Shown here: positions 49,740-58,710 of the stretch, piece by piece
Position numbering within the stretch: the first letter of the stretch is position 1
How the letters are laid out: each line of letters opens with the position of its first letter
Origin: Candidatus Thalassarchaeum betae
GTDB taxonomy: Archaea > Thermoplasmatota > Poseidoniia > Poseidoniales > Thalassarchaeaceae
Assembly (NCBI GenBank): GCA_003193925.1
Contig: PSPG01000006.1
Location: 1 to 64,000 of the forward strand
DNA length: 64,000 nucleotides
Direction: 5' to 3'
Program-made: the position numbers and the translations under genes
Notes under the pieces: generated by a model
The model's database searches: none
Told to the model about the DNA's origin: nothing
The model's input: the letters and a program-made list of their open reading frames with translations, nothing else

Positions 49740-50759
49740 GTGGACACCGGATTGCTTGAGAGGGCCGCTAGCGAACTCGTGGCTCCCGGCAAGGGCGTCC
49801 TAGCAGCGGATGAGAGCAACGGCACGATGTCGAAGCGTCTGGCCGCCGTGGGGGTGGAGCCCTCGGCCGAGACCCGGAGGTCATACCGGGCCAACTTGCT
49901 TGCCACCGTCGGCTACGAGTCAGCTGTGGGAGGAGTGATACTGTTCGACGAGACCATGCGGCAGAGCATGGATGACGGGACTTCCATTCCAGACGCCCTG
50001 ATAGCCAGGGGGGTACACCCCGGAATCAAAGTCGACACCGGGGCCAAGGACCTCGCACACCGCCCCGGTGAGAAGATCACAGAGGGCCTCGACGGCCTGC
50101 GCGAGCGCTGCTCTGAGTACTTCCAGATGGGCGCTCGCTTCGCCAAGTGGCGGGCGGTGATCAAGATTGGCGACGGGATACCGAGCGCTGCTTGCCTCTC
50201 GACCAACGCCCACGCGCTCGCGCGCTACGCCTCAATCTGCCAGGAGCAGGGCCTCGTACCCATCATCGAGCCCGAGGTCCTGATGGAGGGCTCGCACGAC
50301 GCCCAGCGCTGCTACGACGTGACCGCTGAAATCCTCGATGCTACCTTCGCAGCCTGCGACGAGCAGGGAGTGCACATACCCGGTGCACTCCTCAAGCCGA
50401 ACATGATCATAGCGGGGAATGACTGTGCGAACCAGATTTCCCGTGAGGAAGTGGCGAGAATGTCAGTCGACTGCCTGACCAACCACGTTCCTCACGACCT
50501 GCCGGGGGTCGTCTTCCTCTCAGGAGGGCAGTCGGACGAGGACGCCACGGCCCATCTCAACCTGATGAACCAGATAGGAGCCGGGCATCCCTGGCAACTC
50601 TCATACTCCTACGGCCGGGCGCTTCAGGCCCACGCTCTGAAGACTTGGGCTGAAGGAGGGGCCGACTCTTCGGCGGCCAGCCAAGACATGTTCGCACACA
50701 GGGCCAAGATGAACAGCCTCGCTCGAAGCGGTGACTGGAGCTTGGACCTCGAGGCCTAA
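49740..50759 (+). CDS. Fructose-bisphosphate aldolase class I (eukaryote-like type)
   Basis: GKGVLAADES, GIKVD, FAKWR, PIIEPE, LLKPNM, FLSGGQ, SYGRALQ. Confidence 0.95.
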   Translation: MDTGLLERAASELVAPGKGVLAADESNGTMSKRLAAVGVEPSAETRRSYRANLLATVGYESAVGGVILFDETMRQSMDDGTSIPDALIARGVHPGIKVDTGAKDLAHRPGEKITEGLDGLRERCSEYFQMGARFAKWRAVIKIGDGIPSAACLSTNAHALARYASICQEQGLVPIIEPEVLMEGSHDAQRCYDVTAEILDATFAACDEQGVHIPGALLKPNMIIAGNDCANQISREEVARMSVDCLTNHVPHDLPGVVFLSGGQSDEDATAHLNLMNQIGAGHPWQLSYSYGRALQAHALKTWAEGGADSSAASQDMFAHRAKMNSLARSGDWSLDLEA

Positions 50760-51011
50760 TCAGTTTTCGTCCAAGGCACCGGGCCTCAGTTGCCAAACGC
50801 ATATCTCGTAGCGGCCGGAGAGCGCGCCGCCGCGCTTGGTTGTTGCGACCTTCATGATGTCCTTGTCCTTGGAGAGGACGTTGCCCAGTTGTTGGGGGGT
50901 GGTTCCGTGGCGCATCGTCGAGTTGACGTGCTCGAGTATCTCGGTGGTGTTCGCCTCTCCCCTCACATCCAGGAATTTCTTAATCTTCTGTCGTAGTCTT
51001 GTCGTCCTCAT
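50760..51011 (-). CDS. Small basic winged-helix-like protein (DUF3860-like)
   Basis: NTTEILEHVN..MRHGTTPQQLGNVLSKD...YEICVW; AAGGAG SD site; family recalled, not searched. Confidence 0.7.
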   Translation of the reverse strand: MRTTRLRQKIKKFLDVRGEANTTEILEHVNSTMRHGTTPQQLGNVLSKDKDIMKVATTKRGGALSGRYEICVWQLRPGALDEN

Positions 51012-51025
51012 GGCATATCTCTCCT

Positions 51026-51292
51026 TCACTTCTTGTCGGGCTTCGCACGCTCATGGTGCCTAACCCACTTCTCGGTGGCCCACTCCGAGAGGGGGGGCGC
51101 GCTGCCGGTCATGCCGCTTCTGCGAACCGTGCCGATGCGAACGATCGAACTGTCAGACTCCAGAAGAGCCGCGACGTCAGCACCCTTGGCTTCGTCATCG
51201 TGGCGATTCAGCCAAACTGCGATTTCCGCTGTGTTGCGTGGCCGCTCTGAGAGGTAATTTCGGACAATTTCCCGGACTCTCTCCGCGCCCAT
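51026..51292 (-). CDS. Small protein, divergent paralog of the adjacent DUF3860-like gene
   Basis: RNYLSERPRNTAEIAVWLN...IVRIGTVRRSG...EW parallels the neighbouring protein. Confidence 0.6.
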   Translation of the reverse strand: MGAERVREIVRNYLSERPRNTAEIAVWLNRHDDEAKGADVAALLESDSSIVRIGTVRRSGMTGSAPPLSEWATEKWVRHHERAKPDKK

Positions 51293-51550
51293 CTCTCCCC
51301 GCTCCAACACGATATCAGAACCGGCGACCGGTCCGATGGGCGTAGGGTGGCGGGCGCTGATATAACCGTTCTGCACGAAATCACTCTTCTTCGTTACACA
51401 TAGTTGCGAGAATATGGCGTGTTTTCAGGTCAGTAGTAGGTGTAGAAATGAAACTGGCACATTCTCTATAGGAAATATGTAATTAAATGTAACGAAATAG
51501 GATAATTTATTACATCGACCTTAGGTAGTTGTATTCGGAGGTGGTCAGTA

Positions 51551-54172
51551 ATGCCAAATGATACGCCTGAGGCCCAGAAACACGGTTCCGATACCACACC
51601 GCGAAAAATCCGGAGCATGCATCGCAGGCGCCTCCTGAATCGTCTTACTGAAGGAGGCGGCACGGTCAGCGTCCTCGCACGCGAGGTCGGGCTCAGGGTC
51701 CCACACGCCTCAGCCGAACTAAGACGGATGAGAAACGATGGACTGGTCGCCAGCGACCTGTCTGCAGGAAGCCGTGGTGCAAGGATCCACCTGACCGAAT
51801 CGGGATGGGAGTCGGTGAGGGATGACGAGTTGGCCAGGGCCACCGAGGCCTTGCCTCTGCCGGATGACACCAGCATGTGCTGTCTGCTGGCTCGTGACGG
51901 ACCCAACCTCCTGCTGGGTGTTATGGAGCCAACTGACTCCCCATTGCTGCTGATTCCGGACCGCCCTCCGAGCCCCGTCGGCGACGACTCGTCGTCCACC
52001 GGAAGCGATGGGGTACCTTGGAGTTGGGCCGTGCTGAGGGAGAGGAATCCGAGGTGGTTCGACCTCTCCTCAATGGAGGTGAAGCCTGCCCCCCCTCCCT
52101 CCTCTGATCCAGAGAGCATAGCGGCCTACGCAGGTGAACGGACAGTGATCGGGATTATCCGGGCTCGCCTGCTGGACTCGGAGCGACCCGTCGCAATAGC
52201 CCCTGGTCAGTGGTTCGGCACTCCGAGCTTCCGACCGGCGCCACCACTGCCCGAGAGCAGTTATCACAGGGGCCAGTGGGTGCTGGGCGCTTGTCACGAG
52301 CTCTCTCCGCATGTTCGACCCAAGGATCCGATTGCCGCAGTTATGGAGGAGAGACTGCCCCGCACAATGCTGCTGCGGACTGCGAGGGCCAACTCGCTGG
52401 TCATCGCCGACCTCGGCGGCCTCGACGCCGAGGGCGACGCCTATCCACTGTCCGCGCTCGATTTCTGGATTGAGCGGGCCCACCCGCGTCTGACCGACGC
52501 CGAGCGACGCAAGCGGGTGCAGGCCCTGCGCGACCGAGTCAGCGCGACGCGCAGGGTGCGGACCGACGACTCGACCTGGCGTCGCTTCAGGAGGGACTGG
52601 GGCGAGTCGGTGTTCACCGACGACGAGGACGCCATTAGGATCCTCGACCTGAGGGGCTTGGGCGGCTCATCGGGCGAGGCGCTCGTGCGATGGGCGCTCA
52701 ACGACGAGGAGCGCCCCCCGATGGTCCTCGAAGTCAGCGATGACCTGCCTGACGACCTGGTGTCTTCGATCATCTCCCACTCCAATCTGCGGCTGGCACT
52801 CCTCGAGAGGGACACCCCCGCATTCGCATCCCTCGACAGGCTGGTGGCCGACCCACTGAGGCCTCTGCCTTGGCTGCAACTCTCGACTAGGGGAGGCAGG
52901 ATCCTGCCCATTCGCCTCATGGACCCGATGCAGACTCCAATGTTCATCGCCTTGGATGACCCTGCCCCGTCCCCATGGGCCTCCCTGGGCATCGAGCTGG
53001 ATGAGCCGGCAGAACTGGACGAGGGCCACCTGTCGGTGATCAACTCGGCAATCTCGCAGCACCCGAACGGCAGCGAGGAGTGGGCCAATCAGATGGAGGC
53101 CAGATACCCGATCGCCGCTTGGATTGCGTCACCCCCACGAACTAGATGGCCGCGGTGGCAGCGACTCCGGGACCGACTGAGTTCCGAATGGCTGGTCCTC
53201 ATGGATCTCGACAACCTGCCATTGGAGAGGCTCTCGGAGGTCGCCGAGGAGGCTCCCGACTCGGTACTCGCCGAGTTTTCCAGCAAGTTGACTCTGAAGT
53301 TCAGGGAGGATTCGGAGACTGCCCTTCGAGCCAGACCGGCCACCGATCCCAAGGACGCGTCTCGCGGGGCGGCTTGGGTCGCAACCCAACTACTGTCAAA
53401 CGCCCCCTGGCTGCCTGAGCACATGCACGCAGACCTCCTGCGTTGGTCACTCGAGGCATGGCTATCCCACCCTCCCCTGCACTCCCTGCAGGCTCTCGAG
53501 GGAGTCGCGTGGCTCTACTCCTCCGGCAGGAATGACGATGCCAGTTTCCGGCCGATACTCGAGGGGATACGCAGCAGGGGGCGGGAGATGCCGAAGGGTC
53601 ACGACCTGAACACATGGGCCAGGCTCGTGGACAGGGTGCTCGAAGGGAGCGAACTCGATTTGGAGGAGTTGGAGAGGACCGCCAGCGTCCTCCCGACTGG
53701 ATGGTGGGCACCAATCTCTCCTGAGATTCTAGTCATCCTCTTGAGGGAAGAGGAGTCCACTGACTGGCTCATCTTGAACCCACTTCCCTGGTGCGCGGCA
53801 GTCCTACGCCCCGTCGGTGAGGAGTGCCAGGCCCCCGGGTTGCGTTCCTACACGCACCCCGGATGCGACCCCGAGATCCACTCCTTGCTCATTCGCAGGC
53901 TCCGTGGGAGGCGCGAGCGCGAGGGCCTGCCCGACAGCGCTGCGCCCTTGCTCGACCTGATGGAGGCGCTCGACGCCATCAACGAAGGGAGGGCCCCCCG
54001 TCCAGGCAGGACCCATCCGCTCTCGGGATGGCTGGCTCAGCCTGTCGAGAAGTGGCCCAAGTTCTCCGCCAGCGTCGCATTGGACGGCGATGCTGAGATC
54101 GCCGAGAGACTGCTGCTCCGAAGCTCGGGTTATCACACAGGAATAGTCTCCTCCACTTCGATTTCGGGCTGA
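51551..54172 (+). CDS. Large hypothetical protein with N-terminal winged-HTH
   Basis: TVSVLAREVGLRVPHASAELRRMRNDGLV...HLTESG; Trp/Pro-rich remainder; start could be 51617. Confidence 0.7.
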   Translation: MPNDTPEAQKHGSDTTPRKIRSMHRRRLLNRLTEGGGTVSVLAREVGLRVPHASAELRRMRNDGLVASDLSAGSRGARIHLTESGWESVRDDELARATEALPLPDDTSMCCLLARDGPNLLLGVMEPTDSPLLLIPDRPPSPVGDDSSSTGSDGVPWSWAVLRERNPRWFDLSSMEVKPAPPPSSDPESIAAYAGERTVIGIIRARLLDSERPVAIAPGQWFGTPSFRPAPPLPESSYHRGQWVLGACHELSPHVRPKDPIAAVMEERLPRTMLLRTARANSLVIADLGGLDAEGDAYPLSALDFWIERAHPRLTDAERRKRVQALRDRVSATRRVRTDDSTWRRFRRDWGESVFTDDEDAIRILDLRGLGGSSGEALVRWALNDEERPPMVLEVSDDLPDDLVSSIISHSNLRLALLERDTPAFASLDRLVADPLRPLPWLQLSTRGGRILPIRLMDPMQTPMFIALDDPAPSPWASLGIELDEPAELDEGHLSVINSAISQHPNGSEEWANQMEARYPIAAWIASPPRTRWPRWQRLRDRLSSEWLVLMDLDNLPLERLSEVAEEAPDSVLAEFSSKLTLKFREDSETALRARPATDPKDASRGAAWVATQLLSNAPWLPEHMHADLLRWSLEAWLSHPPLHSLQALEGVAWLYSSGRNDDASFRPILEGIRSRGREMPKGHDLNTWARLVDRVLEGSELDLEELERTASVLPTGWWAPISPEILVILLREEESTDWLILNPLPWCAAVLRPVGEECQAPGLRSYTHPGCDPEIHSLLIRRLRGRREREGLPDSAAPLLDLMEALDAINEGRAPRPGRTHPLSGWLAQPVEKWPKFSASVALDGDAEIAERLLLRSSGYHTGIVSSTSISG

Positions 54173-54189
54173 AAGCCCGCAATATACCA

Positions 54190-54495
54190 ACCGAGGGGTT
54201 CTTGACCACCTCCGGTGGCCGATGTACTCCCGAGCTGCAACACCGTGGCGACGAAGCCCCCCGCTGGAGGAATAGGATGAATCACGGTACCAAGTTCGGG
54301 TCGCCACTTGTCGAAGACCAGTGTGACCAGCTGCAATGGAATGATCACTGGAGCAAAGCAAGTGGCCGGATTGTGTTAGGTCCCCGGATGACCGGAAGGA
54401 ATGAATCAAGGGACTACCCTACAATCCGACAGACGTCCCGGGGTGGGTCAGGCGCCTGAGCCAAGCTGTGAAGGCCGCCGTTACGCCCCGGGGCA
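54190..54495 (+). ncRNA. Candidate structured non-coding RNA
   Basis: Consecutive long stems (54303-54310/54359-54366, 54367-54374/54421-54428, 54438-54445/54484-54491) with G-U pairs favouring the + strand; no convincing ORF. Confidence 0.45.
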
Positions 54496-54535
54496 CACAT
54501 TTCAACCCGGAGCAAGAAACGAGGTGGGAATTCGA

Positions 54536-55552
54536 ATGCACAGCGTCGGTCTGATCGGCGGCACATTCGACCGCTTCCATGCCGGCCACCTGTCCCTGCT
54601 CCAAAGCGGCCTCTCGGAATGCTCCTCGCTGGAGGTCTGGCTGACCTCCGATGCGGCAACCGGAACGAAGGATCCGCGCATCAATCCGTGGGAGACTCGC
54701 GCCGGTGAGATGAGGGAAGCGCTCGGGCAGGATGCAGAAAGGGTCAGCATGCATGTCCTTGAGGACAACCACGGACCAGCTTCGACTCACACCGACGCCT
54801 CCGCTATCGTCTGCACTGCAGAGACCCGTCCGGAGTGCGAGATAATCAATCGGATGAGGGGCGACAACGGGCTGGACGAACTGGCAATCATTGAGGCCGA
54901 GCACGTCCTCGCTTGGGACGGCGATCCGATTTCGAGCACGAGAATCAGGAACGGCGAGATCGACCGCGAGGGACTGCCTTGGATTCCGGACTCGGTCAGA
55001 GAGGGCAGAATAATACTGACTCCGGAGGTCGAGGCAGAGCTCAAGGAGCCGTTCGGCCTATTGGTGCCGGGCCCAGAGGACGACCCTTCCGTAGCCATGT
55101 CCGAGGTACTTGCCCATACTGAATGGGAGTGGGGCCCGATCATCGCCGTCGGGGATGTGACTGTCCGCGCATTGCAGGACCTCGGCCGTCCAGCTGACAT
55201 CGCTCTGGTCGACGGGCGCACTAGGAGGGAGCCTTGGGAGGGCGCCGAGGGGCTCGATCCCTCGGCCTACGATGGGGTGTTGCATTGCGAGAGCCCCGCT
55301 GGCTCCCTCACCCCCTCCTTATTGGAAGCCTGCGAGCACGCCGTGTCCTCTTGGATGGAAAGCCGAGCGACCCATCTCATTGAAGTCGACGGCGAGGAGG
55401 ACCTAGCTCCTCTGCTCCTGCATCCTCTCGCCCCGCTTGATTCGGTAGTGCTCTACGGCCAGCCTGGCAAAGGCGTCGTCGTCAGGTGGTGCAGCGAGGA
55501 AGCCAAGCAGCGCTGCCGCAGGCTGCTGAGCGGTTTTAAGCCGGCCGATTGA
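54536..55552 (+). CDS. coaD: Phosphopantetheine adenylyltransferase fused to DUF359 (GTP-dependent dephospho-CoA kinase)
   Basis: GGTFDRFHAGH, ISSTRIRNGEID; LKEPFG, VGDVT, VDGEEDL, YGQPGKG. Confidence 0.88.
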   Translation: MHSVGLIGGTFDRFHAGHLSLLQSGLSECSSLEVWLTSDAATGTKDPRINPWETRAGEMREALGQDAERVSMHVLEDNHGPASTHTDASAIVCTAETRPECEIINRMRGDNGLDELAIIEAEHVLAWDGDPISSTRIRNGEIDREGLPWIPDSVREGRIILTPEVEAELKEPFGLLVPGPEDDPSVAMSEVLAHTEWEWGPIIAVGDVTVRALQDLGRPADIALVDGRTRREPWEGAEGLDPSAYDGVLHCESPAGSLTPSLLEACEHAVSSWMESRATHLIEVDGEEDLAPLLLHPLAPLDSVVLYGQPGKGVVVRWCSEEAKQRCRRLLSGFKPAD

Positions 55553-55553
55553 G

Positions 55554-56093
55554 TCAGGACTCGGCATCGGCCATCGCGTGGATGCCGAAGCCGAATGCGA
55601 CGAACACGATCATCACAGCGTAGACGCCAGGGTCGACCCAGGTGGTGTTCACAGCACTCCAGTACAGGTAGAACGTCACGCCCAGCACGATGAGCCAGCT
55701 GGCCAGAGTCCTGCTCGCGCCTCCCTCGGAAGAGAACAGGCTGGAGACGACTGGACGCTGCGGGATGCCTCGGGCCCAGACCCCGACTCCACCGTCGACT
55801 GCCTTGCCCATGCCCATGCTGCCCAAGGCTAGCAGCGCTATCCCGAGCAGGCCGAAGACCGCATCGTCAAGTACGAAGGACGAACCATCGTGCGCGATGT
55901 ATGATAAATCGACGCCGTGGTTACCGCCGATGAATCCGATCCACAGCACCTTGAATCCGGGGGAGTAGGCTCCGGATAACAGATTGACGACGGTCAGAGC
56001 AACGACCCAGACGCCGAGCACTATCGCAGCGCCCGATGCGGTGCCGCTGGGGCGGGTCAGAGCATCGCCCCACTCCGAATCTGCCATGGACAT
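55554..56093 (-). CDS. Membrane protein
   Basis: Four hydrophobic segments; WVDPGVY motif. Confidence 0.7.
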   Translation of the reverse strand: MSMADSEWGDALTRPSGTASGAAIVLGVWVVALTVVNLLSGAYSPGFKVLWIGFIGGNHGVDLSYIAHDGSSFVLDDAVFGLLGIALLALGSMGMGKAVDGGVGVWARGIPQRPVVSSLFSSEGGASRTLASWLIVLGVTFYLYWSAVNTTWVDPGVYAVMIVFVAFGFGIHAMADAES

Positions 56094-56148
56094 CGGGCCG
56101 GCGACCTTCCCTTTCGGTATAACGATTGTCTGAGGGCAGACGAGACTC

Positions 56149-57387
56149 TCAGAGTTGGCCCTGCAGGTTGTACCTGCCTAGAGCCGCCTCGCCGATCAGC
56201 GGCTCGCTCTCACCCATTGTGCTGATGGCGTCTATCGCCTTGGGGATGGCCGAGTTGACCTGCTTGCTCCTGCCACCTCGGCCCTTGCTCACGTTCCTAG
56301 CCATAATCAGGCCGAGCGTGTCGAGTTCGTTCAGCAGGGAGGAGATTCTCCGGGGGGTCAGAGGCTCGAAGCCGATTTTCATGCACGCGTCCGCGTAAGT
56401 CCGGTAGATCTCGCCAGTCGAGATGTTTCTCAGGCCATTCTCCTCGTTCAACTTGATCGCAAACAGCACTAGCTTCTGATGCAATGGCAGCGTCTTCAGG
56501 ACAGGCGTCACCTGGTCGTACTCCAGTTGGCTCTGCGCTAATCTCACATGTCTGGGGTCGACCTTCACCTGGGCCCTCTGCTCCGCCTTCTGAACAGAGA
56601 TGCGCAGAAGGTCGAGCGCCCTACGCGCGTCGCCATGTTCCTGGGCTGCCAAGGCCGCGCACAACTCGAGCACGCCTCCCTCCAACACGTCATCGCGCAG
56701 GCCGGTCTCGACGCGCTCGCTCAGGATGTCCTGTATCTCGGGGGCCCCGTATGGGTGGAAGACGAGGTCCTCCTGACTCAGTCTCGAACTGACCCTGGGG
56801 CCAAGTTGCTGAGTGAAGTTGAGGTCGTTGCTGATGCCGATGATGCAGCATCGGCCATTCCTCAGAACGGTGTTGAGGCTGGTGAGGTTGTACAGCAGGT
56901 CGTCGCCAGCGCGGGCGACAAGATTGTCGATCTCGTCGAGCACGATTATGTGGACTCCACCAGCCCTGTCCATCCTGTAGATCAGTGTCTCGAGGACCCT
57001 GTCGGTGGGCCAGCCAGTGAAGGGGATGGGTGTGTCCCCCCGCCTGGATAGTTGCGATGCGATGGTCTGGACCACGCGATACTTGGTGTCGACGTTGCGG
57101 CAGTTTATCTCGTAAGTCTGGACGGGCTGCCCCATCTCAACTCCCTTGTCGAGGAGTTGTCCGAGCACGAACCTCGTGACCACAGTCTTGCCCGATCCGG
57201 GCACCCCGTAGAGCAGCATGTTAGAGGGGATGTGGCCGTTTAGGGCATCGACCAAATTTCTAACCAAGGACTCGATCTCGTGGTCGCGGTGGGGGAGGTT
57301 GGAAGGCTCGAAAGCGTGGTCGAAAGCCTTCCTGTCGATGAAGAGACTATCTTGCCCTAGGATTTTCTCGAAAATGTTTCCGTCCAT
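56149..57387 (-). CDS. cdc6: Orc1/Cdc6 replication initiator
   Basis: LPHR, GVPGSGKT, INC, LDEID, HGDARRALDLL, C-terminal wHTH with SKGRGGR. Confidence 0.96.
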   Translation of the reverse strand: MDGNIFEKILGQDSLFIDRKAFDHAFEPSNLPHRDHEIESLVRNLVDALNGHIPSNMLLYGVPGSGKTVVTRFVLGQLLDKGVEMGQPVQTYEINCRNVDTKYRVVQTIASQLSRRGDTPIPFTGWPTDRVLETLIYRMDRAGGVHIIVLDEIDNLVARAGDDLLYNLTSLNTVLRNGRCCIIGISNDLNFTQQLGPRVSSRLSQEDLVFHPYGAPEIQDILSERVETGLRDDVLEGGVLELCAALAAQEHGDARRALDLLRISVQKAEQRAQVKVDPRHVRLAQSQLEYDQVTPVLKTLPLHQKLVLFAIKLNEENGLRNISTGEIYRTYADACMKIGFEPLTPRRISSLLNELDTLGLIMARNVSKGRGGRSKQVNSAIPKAIDAISTMGESEPLIGEAALGRYNLQGQL

Positions 57388-57788
57388 TTTCTTCCACCAC
57401 GGGCCAAGGCGCGTCTCCTGCCTCCCATCTTACTCCACAGGAGTAGGTGCCGGCCAACGCGGATTCTCACCGAGGCCGTCAGAGGTAATAAGACTGTCCG
57501 AGTTAATTCGTCGGCGACTTGAATTCTCTCTCTCTGAGAGGCCCCATATATATGAGTTGCCACCGACGCTACAGCCCTACTTAATTTACACTCAGTACAT
57601 CGATTGTGCACATCTTTAAGCAGTGTGAAAAATACATCGTCTGCTTCGTTCCTAACCTCTCCTCGATCTGAATGGATTCACCTCCAATCACAGCTCGTCG
57701 CCACGGTCGGAGAGCCCTTCTGAGACGCCTCGATGCCACGCAATTCCATGGCTATGGTGGTGGCCAATATAAACTAAGATAATTTATC
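57388..57788. promoter_or_regulatory. Long intergenic region upstream of cdc6; candidate replication origin/promoter
   Basis: 400-bp non-coding gap with AT-rich tracts in a tightly packed genome; canonical ORB boxes not clearly seen. Confidence 0.35.
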
Positions 57789-58604
57789 TCAAGAATTAAT
57801 ATCTAGGGAAAAATTGCCATTCTCGTCGATAATCAGATTATCCCCGTCCTCGAGCTGGTGCACCGAACTTGGAAGTTCTGGCATCGGGAAACCACCCTCG
57901 ATGCCCACACCGCTGGCGTAGTTGTGGGTGACCAACACGAGGGCGTCCGGGTATCTCCGTGCAAACGAGATGACATCCGATGGGGTGTGGTGGTGAGGGC
58001 TCTGAACGAAGTCCGGAATGCCCATTTCGAGCAGGACGGCATCGGCTCTGGCGCTCCTCTGTTCTATTCCCTCGCACGGCCCCGAGTCGCCACAGTGTAG
58101 GAGGCGGAAGCCGCTCGAGTGGACCAACTCGTATCCGTGCGGGTCAGTCTCGGGCGTGTGGCAGACCGGGAACCTCTCATAGCTCCAGTCGGTACCAGCC
58201 AGTTCTCCCGACTCCGACTCCGACCAGTTCGCCCGCTCATCGAGGGCGGCGTCCAAGCTGCCGGGGAATCCAGTCCTGCACAGCACGTCGAGGATGTCTC
58301 TGCCCCCAGGCCTCAGATGCACACCGAGGGTTTTGGTGGCATCCGGATCGGAGACGTGCTGCCGCTCGAGCAGGAGAAAGGGGAACCCGAAGGTATGGTC
58401 GGCGTGCCAGTGAGTGAACAGCAGATGCTCGATGTCGGCCGGGGAGACTCCTGCGCGTCGGAGTTGGACCAACACGGTAGGCGGCGCGTCTACCAGCACG
58501 CTACTATCCAGCAGGGCCAGCGCGTGCATGCGCCCCGGAGGGGAGAATGCGTTGCCGGTGCCGAGGAAGTCAATGCGCGCCACGAACCCCGATGAGGGCC
58601 CCAT
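57789..58604 (-). CDS. MBL-fold metallo-hydrolase (RNase Z-like)
   Basis: FLGTG, THWHADH, HCGDSG, HHT, VTH. Confidence 0.8.
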   Translation of the reverse strand: MGPSSGFVARIDFLGTGNAFSPPGRMHALALLDSSVLVDAPPTVLVQLRRAGVSPADIEHLLFTHWHADHTFGFPFLLLERQHVSDPDATKTLGVHLRPGGRDILDVLCRTGFPGSLDAALDERANWSESESGELAGTDWSYERFPVCHTPETDPHGYELVHSSGFRLLHCGDSGPCEGIEQRSARADAVLLEMGIPDFVQSPHHHTPSDVISFARRYPDALVLVTHNYASGVGIEGGFPMPELPSSVHQLEDGDNLIIDENGNFSLDINS

Positions 58605-58710
58605 GACTTGACCTCATCGCCTGCCTCGTCAGAACGGCGGCTGCCCCCGTTCAGCATTTCTTCATAAACAGGCCGTGTTTCGCAAGGCCCGAAGACTTCG
58701 AGGCCTCGAT

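Noticed and set aside
54190-54495. Definite call as SRP RNA or RNase P RNA
   Set aside because: Only fragmentary resemblance (TGTACTCCC, CCGGAAGG, and GGAGCAAG just downstream); the hallmark motifs are not present in the right order.
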